Virus record (IMG/VR): IMGVR_UViG_3300030106_002045
DNA: 64,000 bases
Reading direction: 5' to 3' (one strand)
From: an uncultured virus (IMG/VR IMGVR_UViG_3300030106_002045)
Lineage: Duplodnaviria; Heunggongvirae; Uroviricota; Caudoviricetes
Positions 39,027 through 48,090 of this stretch are shown piece by piece. The notes beneath the pieces were generated by a model. The model saw only the letters and a list, made by a program, of their open reading frames with translations. It had not been told where the DNA came from and did not search any database. The first letter of the stretch is position 1. Every line of letters starts with the position of its first letter. The translations under genes and the position numbers were made by a program.

Positions 39027-39791
39027 CTAAATATCAGTCCATGTAAAAGAATTATTTGATGTAATTGGGTCCCAAAATCTTAAATTAAATGGTGTTACAT
39101 TTGCTTGTAAACCATCTATTTGTAAGAAATTTTGAGAGTTCGGTATTATCGAAGCAACATTAGCTGTTACTTCTATACCTGTAATATCTAAAGTTTGACC
39201 TATTATAAAAGATGTACTACCTACATTAGCATTAGCATTTATACCTGTAATAGGTATTATGTTTTGAGATGTAGTAGTTATATTACCAATATTAGAATTT
39301 AACTCTTGACCGGATATATCTACAAAATTAGCAGAACCTGTAGTTATATTACCTAAAGTAGTTGTTAAATCAAAACCAGGTGTTACAATCGTAACTGCTC
39401 CACCTGCTGCAATAGAAAAAGTTCCAATAAAAGTATTAGCTTGTTGACCAGTTATTGTTATTGGAGCATTACCTGTAACAGTAACACTGCTTACATTTGC
39501 ATTAGCATTAATTCCTGTTATTGTTGTATTTGCAGAAGCTTGTGCAATTGAAAAATTAAGAGCAGTAGTTGCTTGTTGTCCTGTAGTTGCAAATATAGCT
39601 CCATTACCTGTTAAAACTAAACCAATTGGAGAATTCCAAGCACCTTCGTTCCATGCTTCTCGACCCCAACCTTGACCAAAATTTACTGATGATAAAATTT
39701 GTTGTCCGGTTATAACAGCAGCCGTATCAGGTGATGTATTCCATGCACCTACATTCCAACCAAGTCTACCCCAACCTACACTTGCAGTCAT
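39027..39791 (-). CDS. virion structural protein with GWG..WN.GAW repeats
   Basis: Trp/Gly repeats, T/N-rich beta repeats. Confidence 0.7.
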   Translation of the reverse strand: MTASVGWGRLGWNVGAWNTSPDTAAVITGQQILSSVNFGQGWGREAWNEGAWNSPIGLVLTGNGAIFATTGQQATTALNFSIAQASANTTITGINANANVSSVTVTGNAPITITGQQANTFIGTFSIAAGGAVTIVTPGFDLTTTLGNITTGSANFVDISGQELNSNIGNITTTSQNIIPITGINANANVGSTSFIIGQTLDITGIEVTANVASIIPNSQNFLQIDGLQANVTPFNLRFWDPITSNNSFTWTDI

Positions 39792-39804
39792 AAGGATTTC
39801 CTCC

Positions 39805-40230
39805 TTATGCTATTCTGATTAAACCAGCAGTAGAGTTTGCAGTAGGGAACTGTAATTCAAATGTTCCGTTAGTAGAAGTTTTAACTCCTCCAAAATCTAA
39901 AACTGCAATAGCAGAATTAGAATTGTTTGCATTATACAATAGTGCAGCTTGAGCAGATATAGTTGCATTAGAAAATGAAACATTATCAGCATCAAAAATT
40001 GCAGTTGTTCCATCAGTCGAAATTGCAACATTTGTTAAAGTTGCTCCGCCAGCTGTGTAATTCGTACCACTAGATGAAACTTCATTTGCTGTTGCATAAG
40101 CAGTTGTATTTGCAGCTAATGATGCAGTGTTATCGTATAAAGCACACTTCAGTGTTTGAGCAGCTAAATTTCCACCAGGATTCATTAAATCTTCTTTGAA
40201 TACTGTGCAAATTGCTTGTGTTATTGCCAT
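39805..40230 (-). CDS. virion structural protein
   Basis: MAITQA.C..FK, K.ALY, Y.AGG..L, VLDFGG.KT...GTF..QFP. Confidence 0.75.
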   Translation of the reverse strand: MAITQAICTVFKEDLMNPGGNLAAQTLKCALYDNTASLAANTTAYATANEVSSSGTNYTAGGATLTNVAISTDGTTAIFDADNVSFSNATISAQAALLYNANNSNSAIAVLDFGGVKTSTNGTFELQFPTANSTAGLIRIA

Positions 40231-40231
40231 T

Positions 40232-40891
40232 TTATTGTCCTCCAGTTAAAGTGTTTTCGCCTAGCGGACTTCCAGGAAACTTGTAGTCTGTTCTTCTTCT
40301 TCTACGAGCTTCATTATTTATGGCAGTCACACTTTCGACATACTTTTGTTTATATATATTATAGTCTTCCATGTTCTTTGTAAAGAGATTTGCTTCAGAA
40401 AGAGTACCATACAATAAAGCATCAGAAGCATTTTCAGTATACCAATTAGTAGTATTGGTATTAGATAATGGATTAATTTTACCCTGATAACCTATTTTAA
40501 TGTCATAATTCTGATCTGGTGTAGGAGCTACATATATTTTATTATCATCAAAATTAGTAAAATATTTAGGTTCTCCTTGTAAAGAATTATTTGGCCAATA
40601 TTCTTTTATAAATTCTAAAGTTTTCATTTCTAAATATTTAGCATTAGAGCTTACAATAATTTCTACATAATTAAATAACATAGGTTCTACAGCAGTAGGA
40701 AGATTTACAAACCTATCTCCCTGAACCATAGTTGAATTTACATTTTCATTAAAACCTACAGGGTCTATATCTCTTGATAATTTTGTTTGAGTATTATCTA
40801 TGAAAGTATCTAACTGATTTGTAAAGTCTGTTCCTGTATTTTCAGCCCAAGTTTGTATATCAGTCTTTAGACTGTTGTATGTCATTGTCAT
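40232..40891 (-). CDS. head-tail adaptor-like protein
   Basis: TY..L...IQ, G.PKY, APTPD..Y, LLYG.L.EA. Confidence 0.7.
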   Translation of the reverse strand: MTMTYNSLKTDIQTWAENTGTDFTNQLDTFIDNTQTKLSRDIDPVGFNENVNSTMVQGDRFVNLPTAVEPMLFNYVEIIVSSNAKYLEMKTLEFIKEYWPNNSLQGEPKYFTNFDDNKIYVAPTPDQNYDIKIGYQGKINPLSNTNTTNWYTENASDALLYGTLSEANLFTKNMEDYNIYKQKYVESVTAINNEARRRRRTDYKFPGSPLGENTLTGGQ

Positions 40892-41678
40892 TTTTAGTTA
40901 CCTCATCAACTTTAAATTTAGTCCACACATGGCCTGCAAATGGATGCGTTCCATAATGTGTTAAAGGAGTATTAACATCTGCATATATCTTACCACCAAT
41001 TTTTTGCCATAATCTACAAAAAGCATAATCCTCTGATAAATATCTATTACTTTTTTCATCAATAATACAGTCAAAAAAAGCATAGCAATTTTGACTAGAA
41101 AATCTTTCATTATTTATTATTTGATCGCTTGTATATTTTAAATTAGGATAAGCTTCTTTCATTTTTATAAAAACTTCTTTTTTAATACACATAAAACCGG
41201 TTGCTGCATCCAATACTTCTGTAAATCCATTAGTTACTTTAATATTGGCAGGATTAGCAAAGTTTAAATTATAACCTAATAATTTTTGTTCTATATTTTC
41301 TAAATCGTTTTTTTTTGCATAACCTTCTATTGCTTTAAAATCTATTGATTTTCTAGGATATATTCCGCAAGAAATATCATAATCTGAATTTAACAATCTA
41401 GAAACTGCTTCACCAGTAAAACCTATATCACTATCTATAAACATTAAATGTGTAAATTTATCAGGATCTTTTTCACAAAAATCTAAGAATTGAGTTACTA
41501 AAGTATTTCTTGCTCTTGTAATAAGACTTTCATTTCCCATAGTATTAACGTGGCATTGAAATTTATATTTATTTGCTAAAGTAATTGTATTTAATAAACC
41601 GTGTAAATAACCTTCACTTAAAAGACCGCCATAACAAGGTGTTGCGATCATTACACCTTTAGTTTTTGTATTTGTCAT
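40860..41678 (-). CDS. GT-A fold glycosyltransferase-like protein
   Basis: IATPCYGG, ESLITRARN, HLMFIDSD (DxD), ATGFM, YLSEDYAFC..W. Confidence 0.8.
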   Translation of the reverse strand: MTNTKTKGVMIATPCYGGLLSEGYLHGLLNTITLANKYKFQCHVNTMGNESLITRARNTLVTQFLDFCEKDPDKFTHLMFIDSDIGFTGEAVSRLLNSDYDISCGIYPRKSIDFKAIEGYAKKNDLENIEQKLLGYNLNFANPANIKVTNGFTEVLDAATGFMCIKKEVFIKMKEAYPNLKYTSDQIINNERFSSQNCYAFFDCIIDEKSNRYLSEDYAFCRLWQKIGGKIYADVNTPLTHYGTHPFAGHVWTKFKVDEVTKNDNDIQQSKD

Positions 41679-42064
41679 GTTATTGATACTGTAACACTTC
41701 CTAAAGCTGTTGATAACAAATTTGTGCTTGCTTGTGCTATTCCATTAGCAGGTATATATCCTGCATTCGGTGGAAAAATTGGTTCTATTTGATCTGGAAC
41801 ACCGCCTTGTACAGATATATTTGCTTTAGGTCTTGCATTTTCTAAAGATTGAGCATCAGTAAAATACATTAAATCTAATTGTGGTTGTTTAGCTTCAAAC
41901 TCTGATACATGTACAAAACTTCCATTCCATTCAAAAACCATTTCATTATAAGGAAAAGCTAATCCACTTCTATCAGATATAGCTTGTGCAAATCTACCAC
42001 TTGCAAATTTATTATGTGGTGCTCTATGAGGACGTCTACCTCTATCGGCTAATTTATTAGACAT
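41675..42064 (-). CDS. conserved head-module protein
   Basis: ASG..A.AISDRSG..FPY..M..EW.G..VH..E.E.K.PQL. Confidence 0.75.
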   Translation of the reverse strand: MSNKLADRGRRPHRAPHNKFASGRFAQAISDRSGLAFPYNEMVFEWNGSFVHVSEFEAKQPQLDLMYFTDAQSLENARPKANISVQGGVPDQIEPIFPPNAGYIPANGIAQASTNLLSTALGSVTVSIT

Positions 42065-42753
42065 TAACTATAAAACCTATTTGTTGTTGCTGGTAATATT
42101 CTAGTAGAGGGTGTATCGTCACCAGCAATTAATCTTTCATAAGCTTGTTCATAATCTAATTTTAACTCTGCTCTCTGTGGTTGTTGTATATTAATTCTTT
42201 TTTTCGAAAGATAATAAGCTAAACCAGCACACATACATTCAAAAGCTCTAAAAGGTACATCAGTAGTTTGTTCTACACCTGAAACTGTTGAGGCAGTTAT
42301 ATCCATTATTTTTCTCATTCTATAATATCTTAAAGTATAACTTTGATCTGGCGCTGGATAAATTTTAATTACAGGAGTATTTAATCTTTGTAAATAAAAT
42401 TGAGTTGGTCTAGATTGTTGAGTTTTATTTGAAATGGCTGCATAATCATTTATACCTAAACGTGTCATTGAATATTCAGTTCCATCACTATCAACAACAT
42501 TAGCATTAATAATATCTACTAAATCATAATCTAAGGTATATTCAGTAGTTCCTTGACTAACTGATAAATCTTTTAATTCTACTGTCCACTGATTGTAACC
42601 TCTATTAGCCCAATCACTAAACATAATATTTAAACTACGTCTAGCTGATCGAACATCATAACCTAAAATAGGATCTCCTCCTATTCTATCATATGCTTCT
42701 TGTATTACATCAGTAACTGTTAAGTTAAATGTAGCTGTATTTGATGTAGCCAT
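42064..42753 (-). CDS. head-tail connector/adaptor protein
   Basis: EAY.R.G...GYD..SARRSLN....WANRG.N.WT, RP.Q.Y, AGLAYY. Confidence 0.75.
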   Translation of the reverse strand: MATSNTATFNLTVTDVIQEAYDRIGGDPILGYDVRSARRSLNIMFSDWANRGYNQWTVELKDLSVSQGTTEYTLDYDLVDIINANVVDSDGTEYSMTRLGINDYAAISNKTQQSRPTQFYLQRLNTPVIKIYPAPDQSYTLRYYRMRKIMDITASTVSGVEQTTDVPFRAFECMCAGLAYYLSKKRINIQQPQRAELKLDYEQAYERLIAGDDTPSTRILPATTNRFYS

Positions 42754-42756
42754 TTT

Positions 42757-43038
42757 TTATCCATGAAAAGTAGTTACACCAGCAACATTAGTTAGTGTGG
42801 CTTGTAAATTAGAGCTAAACTTTACACCATCAGCAGGTAGTCCAATATTTACTGGTCCTCCAGCTGCACTCGCCGCAGTTGCGACTGTAAATTTACTAGA
42901 GCCGCCATCTGAAAAAACTACAGTGCCTGCACTAGCTGTTGGTGTAATAATAAAAGCTTTTAATCTAGTAGGTCCACCAAACAATTCTTGTGCTCCTGAA
43001 GTATTACTTGTAAAAGCTACTTGTAAATCTGTTGCCAT
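42757..43038 (-). CDS. small structural protein
   Basis: GPTRLK, P..GV.F pattern; in the head module. Confidence 0.65.
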   Translation of the reverse strand: MATDLQVAFTSNTSGAQELFGGPTRLKAFIITPTASAGTVVFSDGGSSKFTVATAASAAGGPVNIGLPADGVKFSSNLQATLTNVAGVTTFHG

Positions 43039-43047
43039 ATTATTCTC

Positions 43048-43536
43048 CTATATTAATTTTTGTTTTTTTAATGTATCATATAGTAACTCAACTCTATTCA
43101 TTTGGCTACTAGGTTTGTTTGTTAAGAATGGACTAATATAACTTTTAGCCATTAATGCAGAAAAATCAACTGGTTCATTAATATTAATTACATCTTTTGC
43201 AGAGAATGGAGATTTAGCTGGTGTTCCAATAGGATTATCACCAAAAGTTTCTAAAACTTTTTCTATGCTTTTCAATTTTCTATCTAAATCTTCATCATCA
43301 TCTTCTTCTTTTTCAGCTTCCTCTTTTTTTAATACATCTATAATACTTTCAGTTTCTGCTGTATCCTCAGTTTGACCCAATAATATTTTATCTTTATCTG
43401 TTTTTTCTAATTCTTCATCTCTAGCTTCAATAACACTTACAGTTTTATCAACTAAGCTTTCTTCTTTTTCGTCATCTTTATCTTTTTTAAATAAATTTCT
43501 AAATGCTTCGCCTTTTTCTTTTAATTTTTCAAACAT
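43048..43536 (-). CDS. acidic hypothetical protein
   Basis: 162-aa ORF with an SD. Confidence 0.65.
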   Translation of the reverse strand: MFEKLKEKGEAFRNLFKKDKDDEKEESLVDKTVSVIEARDEELEKTDKDKILLGQTEDTAETESIIDVLKKEEAEKEEDDDEDLDRKLKSIEKVLETFGDNPIGTPAKSPFSAKDVININEPVDFSALMAKSYISPFLTNKPSSQMNRVELLYDTLKKQKLI

Positions 43537-43552
43537 ATTTACCTCTTTTAAA

Positions 43553-43570
43553 GTGGGCCCGAAGGCCCAC
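43553..43570 (-). terminator. C(UUCG)G hairpin, probable terminator
   Basis: Minus strand gtgggcc-ttcg-ggcccac-ttt just after the 43578 stop. Confidence 0.7.
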
Positions 43571-43577
43571 AGTTAAA

Positions 43578-44054
43578 TTATACTATTGTAAATGTTCTTT
43601 GTAACGAGTTATCTTGTGAATATGCAACAGTAGTTGTAATAGCACCTGTAGTACCATCACCATCTGTTCCAGTAAATACACCTACAATTTTCGTATCAGA
43701 AGCTCCTACATTTGCCATTAAACCTAAAGCAGCAGCAGATTGTGATGATCTACCTAAAGCCTTAGCATTATTTGCAGCAGTAAATGCTGTAGCATTTGAA
43801 GTTGTTCCAACAGAAAATGTAGCTGCATTTGTATCATTCGATACTTCAGTTACATCTACGTGTACAAATATAATTTGAGAATTAGCTGGTATTACAGCAA
43901 TATTTGTATTTGCTGAAGCACCAGTAATTGCAACATCTTTACTTTGTACCATTGTTACGTGACCAGTATTTTTTACATTAGCTCCAAGTGTACTACCAGT
44001 TGTTTCGTTGATAGTACCAGCTAAAACTGGTCCCGAAAATGTAGTTTTTCCCAT
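43578..44054 (-). CDS. capsid decoration/minor structural protein
   Basis: M..TTFSGPV.AG, IPANSQI; follows the major capsid gene. Confidence 0.7.
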   Translation of the reverse strand: MGKTTFSGPVLAGTINETTGSTLGANVKNTGHVTMVQSKDVAITGASANTNIAVIPANSQIIFVHVDVTEVSNDTNAATFSVGTTSNATAFTAANNAKALGRSSQSAAALGLMANVGASDTKIVGVFTGTDGDGTTGAITTTVAYSQDNSLQRTFTIV

Positions 44055-44093
44055 AGTCTACCTCCTTTGTAGTCTGCTTTCGCAGTCTAGGGA

Positions 44094-44121
44094 TTGTTAG
44101 GCGTATTACTACGCCTAACAA
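44094..44121 (-). terminator. 12-bp perfect hairpin after the major capsid gene
   Basis: ttgttaggcgta-ttac-tacgcctaacaa. Confidence 0.65.
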
Positions 44122-44132
44122 ATGTTTAATTA

Positions 44133-45044
44133 TTATGCAGCTCCTTCTGAACCGTAGATACTTCTCCAGTCTGTAAAACCAAAAGAATATCTTTCTCTAA
44201 CTTTGTATCTTAGATTACCAGTTTCAAAATCGCCTTCTACAGCTTTTTTGATTGGTGCTCTTACAAAGTGTTTCATACCATCTGGGCAATCAGTCATAAT
44301 AAAGTATGCATCAGGGTCTGTTAATCTTTGGTTAACAATTACTCCTCCTGGTATCATACCCATACTTCTCATTGCATTGATGTCGTTATCTGCAGTTCCA
44401 GGTCTTAAATTAGATTTAAGAACTCTCTCTGCTATAAACACCAATGAAGGTGGTACTATTAGTTTTTGTCCAGTTAATGCAATTGGAATTGATCTATCAT
44501 CAACTGCTTCAGAGATTTGAATTAAAAGAGATTCAAGTGAAGTCTCAGTTAAGTCTGCTGCTGTAGCAAGTTTGTTAGATGCTGTTCCACCGCCGCCAAG
44601 TGGGTGGTCTGTAGCAAGTAAAGTCTTGCCATCGCCACCTAATTGTGCTGCGCTAGTTGCATTGTTTAGGATGTTTGCACCTTTGATCTCTTTAGTATGT
44701 TGCATTGATCTTGCAAGTGCTCTAGCATATTTTGCTCCTAGAGAACCATATAGACCATCTTCTTCAGCTTCTTCTGTAATAGAAAATGCTAAAGCTACAG
44801 TCTCATGGACATATCTTGAGACAAAGCCTTCTCTGCCACTTTCATAATTGATCATGGCACCTTCAGCTTTTGTTGGTGCAGCACCGAATCCGATCATTTG
44901 TACATCTTCTTCGAATGCTTTTTGTGATTGCTCAACGGAATAGATAGCTCTCCACTGCTCAGGGTATCTATCATATTCCATACCAAACACGGTATTTAAA
45001 CCTAGATTGAGCTGTTTGGTAAATAGTGCTCTATTTAAAGGCAT
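44133..45044 (-). CDS. major capsid protein
   Basis: GLN.VFG.EY, AFEE.V...GFG.A..K.EG, HET.AL.F.ITEEA.ED.LY, GDF.TGN.RYK.RERYSFG..DWR. Confidence 0.9.
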   Translation of the reverse strand: MPLNRALFTKQLNLGLNTVFGMEYDRYPEQWRAIYSVEQSQKAFEEDVQMIGFGAAPTKAEGAMINYESGREGFVSRYVHETVALAFSITEEAEEDGLYGSLGAKYARALARSMQHTKEIKGANILNNATSAAQLGGDGKTLLATDHPLGGGGTASNKLATAADLTETSLESLLIQISEAVDDRSIPIALTGQKLIVPPSLVFIAERVLKSNLRPGTADNDINAMRSMGMIPGGVIVNQRLTDPDAYFIMTDCPDGMKHFVRAPIKKAVEGDFETGNLRYKVRERYSFGFTDWRSIYGSEGAA

Positions 45045-45062
45045 GTTATTTATCTCCTATGA

Positions 45063-45629
45063 TTATACGCCAGCTTGTCGAGTGCCATATAAGTGATTGC
45101 TGATTACAACTTCCACTTTAGCATCCGCGCCTGCATCGTTATTTGGCATATCAACAAGTCTTAATATTCTTAAAACTTTAGCAGTTGTTGCTAAAGTAGA
45201 AATATCAAGTTCATCTGTTGAATGACCATATGTTGAGTTGAATGTTCCAATAGTAACATTTGCAAGCTCACCTACGTTAGCTGTTGCAAAAGTACCATTG
45301 CACTGTACTTGGAATGTAATGTTTGGATCATCATACACATAAGCTTTCACCGCAGTGTTAGCTTTTACTGTAGTTCCTGAGTTCCAAACTTTAACAAATT
45401 TTACATCCCCTGATGTGTTATCTTGATACTCAACGCCATAAAAAACACCTAGCGCAGTTCCGCCAGCTGTTCCTCTGATGATAGTTCCGTCTGTCGTCAT
45501 CGTAACTAGATCACCACTTGCTAAATTAGCCGCAAGGCCATTAGCGATAGCATACTCTTGAGGTCTTATAACACCACCAGTTAAATGCCTAATAGGTACG
45601 AAACCATTAGGTGCATTAGTGTTTGCCAT
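45063..45629 (-). CDS. capsid-associated structural protein
   Basis: MAN..AP.GF.P, GVF.G.EY, V.DDP...F.VQ; directly upstream of the capsid gene. Confidence 0.75.
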   Translation of the reverse strand: MANTNAPNGFVPIRHLTGGVIRPQEYAIANGLAANLASGDLVTMTTDGTIIRGTAGGTALGVFYGVEYQDNTSGDVKFVKVWNSGTTVKANTAVKAYVYDDPNITFQVQCNGTFATANVGELANVTIGTFNSTYGHSTDELDISTLATTAKVLRILRLVDMPNNDAGADAKVEVVISNHLYGTRQAGV

Positions 45630-45649
45630 AATTGACTCCTATTTATTTG

Positions 45650-46099
45650 TTACTCTTTAAAGCCTCCTCTAGTAACTTCAGTCTTAAAGGTTTTCGTAAT
45701 AGGATTTCCAGGCTGTTCTACCTTGTGAATATCTGCTTGAACTGATCTCATAAGATTTTCAGTCATTTGTGCGTAATATAAATTACGTTCATTTACCATT
45801 TCTTCTGGCATTTCACAGAGTACCATTCCTTCTATACCTATATAACCAGCAAACTTACCATGTTCTATCGTTGGAAAATGTTTGATATTAGGGACGGTTT
45901 TAATGTCTCTAGGTACCCAACCTTCTCTCAATCGTTTAGCAACGTTTGTTGGCGTTTCCTCACCTAAAACCATAGTAGCAATCCATCTTTGTTTCATGCC
46001 AGCTCTTGGTTCAGGTGCCTCTAATAAATTACTAGGGCGCCATTGTGAAACCTTTGCTTCTTCAGCTCTAGTTTCGTGTTTTATTTTATTATCGTTCAT
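45650..46099 (-). CDS. conserved head-module protein
   Basis: W.P...L.AP....G...RWI, N..KRLREGW. Confidence 0.75.
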   Translation of the reverse strand: MNDNKIKHETRAEEAKVSQWRPSNLLEAPEPRAGMKQRWIATMVLGEETPTNVAKRLREGWVPRDIKTVPNIKHFPTIEHGKFAGYIGIEGMVLCEMPEEMVNERNLYYAQMTENLMRSVQADIHKVEQPGNPITKTFKTEVTRGGFKE

Positions 46100-46114
46100 G
46101 TCGTGCTCCTATGT

Positions 46115-47056
46115 TCACGTATTGGTTGCAAAAGTTTTTACCTCTTTTGCAAACCGTTTTAGTGCCGCTTCATCGTTTATATCAATACCGAATTGTCTTG
46201 CGGTATCAAGGTCATCAGAAGTGAGCTTAACTCTATTGCTATCTGTAACTTTTTTACGAGATACACCAGCAACTGGAGATTGCACTCTGTTGTTTTTTTG
46301 TACTACATTTTTACTTGTTTGAGAAGAACTTTCTTCATCTTTAACAAAAAAAGGTAATTTAGATGCTTTTAATCTTTTATCCATTTCTGAATAATAATCT
46401 GGATCATTAACATCCCAACCTTCTTCTGTTAATTCTGCATCAATACCATATGCCATAGCTGTTTCTTTTCTATAACCAGGTTTATTAAACCATTGACTAT
46501 TTTCTTTTACCCAATCTGCAGCTAATGGTGGTGTTTTAGCAGGTTTTTTACTTTTTGATGGTTCTTCTATTTTTGTATCATCAATTTTAGTCATTTGAGC
46601 ACGAATATCTGACATTTGTTCATATAATTTTACTTGTTCGTCAGTATTTCCTGTTTCAATAGCTTCTTTTAAACGTGATGATACACCTTGATATTGATTT
46701 TTTAATGATTTAGAACCAATGTCAAGTGTTCTTTTTTCTAAATTTGCAAGTCTTTCTTGCAAATCTACTACTCTTTGTTCAGCTTCTGCTCTTTTAGCCA
46801 CTTCTTTTGCTATTCTTTTACGAACTCGCTCAGAATATGGTGCATCTTCTGAATATGGTACAGTTTTTTTCGTTTCAACATCATATTTAACTTCATTTTC
46901 ATATGACATATCTGTATTTTTTTCTTTTTCTTCCTTATCTTCTGCTTTCTCTACAAGATCATCAATAGGATTTTTAGGAACTTCTACTTCCTTTTCCTCG
47001 TTTTCTTCTATTTTAACTTCTAACTCTTTCTGATCTTTTTCATCTTGGTTTGTCAT
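46115..47056 (-). CDS. putative scaffolding protein
   Basis: Acidic N-terminus, coiled coil YSE.V.KRI, W...N.WF, VKLT......A..FG. Confidence 0.7.
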   Translation of the reverse strand: MTNQDEKDQKELEVKIEENEEKEVEVPKNPIDDLVEKAEDKEEKEKNTDMSYENEVKYDVETKKTVPYSEDAPYSERVRKRIAKEVAKRAEAEQRVVDLQERLANLEKRTLDIGSKSLKNQYQGVSSRLKEAIETGNTDEQVKLYEQMSDIRAQMTKIDDTKIEEPSKSKKPAKTPPLAADWVKENSQWFNKPGYRKETAMAYGIDAELTEEGWDVNDPDYYSEMDKRLKASKLPFFVKDEESSSQTSKNVVQKNNRVQSPVAGVSRKKVTDSNRVKLTSDDLDTARQFGIDINDEAALKRFAKEVKTFATNT

Positions 47057-47093
47057 AGTAACTCCTATGTTGTCGATATCCTGATATATCGTA

Positions 47094-47459
47094 TTATATT
47101 TGTTGAGATACTATTTCAGGGCTGCTAATTGTTGCAAGTACCTCATCGTCATTTATTAACACCATTTTTACCTTTTGTACAGATATTTTTGCACCAGCAT
47201 ATCTACCATAAATTACCCAATCACCAACTTTGCACCAAGGTTTTCTTTCAGAATAACATTCTGGACCCATTGCTATTACTTTTCCAACAGAATTTAATAA
47301 ACTCTGCATTTCTTTATTTGAATCAGGTAGATATATTCCACCTTTTGTTTTATCCATACTTCCTTTAGGTCTAATTAATATTCTATAACCAGCAGGTTGT
47401 GGAACTTCTTTTGGTGTTTTTATAGAATCATCTGTTGCCCATTGTTCGTTACTTATCAT
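47094..47459 (-). CDS. groES: GroES-like co-chaperonin
   Basis: P.GYRILI.P....KTKGGIYLPD, G.V.A.GP, VGDWV.YGRYAG, INDDEVLA. Confidence 0.85.
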   Translation of the reverse strand: MISNEQWATDDSIKTPKEVPQPAGYRILIRPKGSMDKTKGGIYLPDSNKEMQSLLNSVGKVIAMGPECYSERKPWCKVGDWVIYGRYAGAKISVQKVKMVLINDDEVLATISSPEIVSQQI

Positions 47460-47655
47460 CTTCGTCTATATCTCCTTCCTGATATTTTTTAATTGTTTCA
47501 TTAATTATTTCTAGAGCTTTATCTAAACCTTGTGCCATTCCATGTATTTTTTTGTAATCATGTAAAGTTTCTACATCTTTAGTTAACAAATTGTTACCTA
47601 ATTCTGTTTTATATTTTTTAATTTGATTTTTTATTGTTTGTAGTAGTAGTTCCAT
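47449..47655 (-). CDS. conserved small helical protein
   Basis: YK...G...GL pattern; usual position upstream of phage GroES. Confidence 0.65.
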   Translation of the reverse strand: MELLLQTIKNQIKKYKTELGNNLLTKDVETLHDYKKIHGMAQGLDKALEIINETIKKYQEGDIDEDDK

Positions 47656-47812
47656 CTATTTGATCTGTTAAAAATTCTAATGTTTCATCAAAATTTTTTT
47701 GTAAACTGTTTGCAGCGATAGCAAATAATCTAGGTTTTACATGTTTTATAGAAATTTTTTTATTTTCTAAATATTTTTTAGCTTGTCTAATTTTTTCGTT
47801 GTCGAGTGCCAT
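47618..47812 (-). CDS. hypothetical protein
   Basis: 64-aa coupled ORF. Confidence 0.55.
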   Translation of the reverse strand: MALDNEKIRQAKKYLENKKISIKHVKPRLFAIAANSLQKNFDETLEFLTDQIDGTTTTNNKKSN

Positions 47813-48090
47813 TATTTTTTTCTTTTCTTTCTAATCGCTTCTTTACCTTTTTTAAATATAGAAGCAACTTTTGTTTTACCCATGACTTTAGCTCTTTGTT
47901 CTCCGACAGTTAAAATTTGTATTTTACGTGCATAAGGTTTTTTTATTCTTTTAACTTTAGCAACAGTTTTACGTGCATCAGCTGGTGTAGCAAATTTTAT
48001 ACCTACTGTGTCTTTAGGATTTTCGTCTGTATATAATCTCCTACCAGAACCTTTTGGTTTTTTTCCTGTTCCTTTTTTAGGGTCAGCCAT
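47812..48090 (-). CDS. small basic protein
   Basis: DPK.GTGKKPKGSGRRLYTDENPKDTV. Confidence 0.75.
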   Translation of the reverse strand: MADPKKGTGKKPKGSGRRLYTDENPKDTVGIKFATPADARKTVAKVKRIKKPYARKIQILTVGEQRAKVMGKTKVASIFKKGKEAIRKKRKK

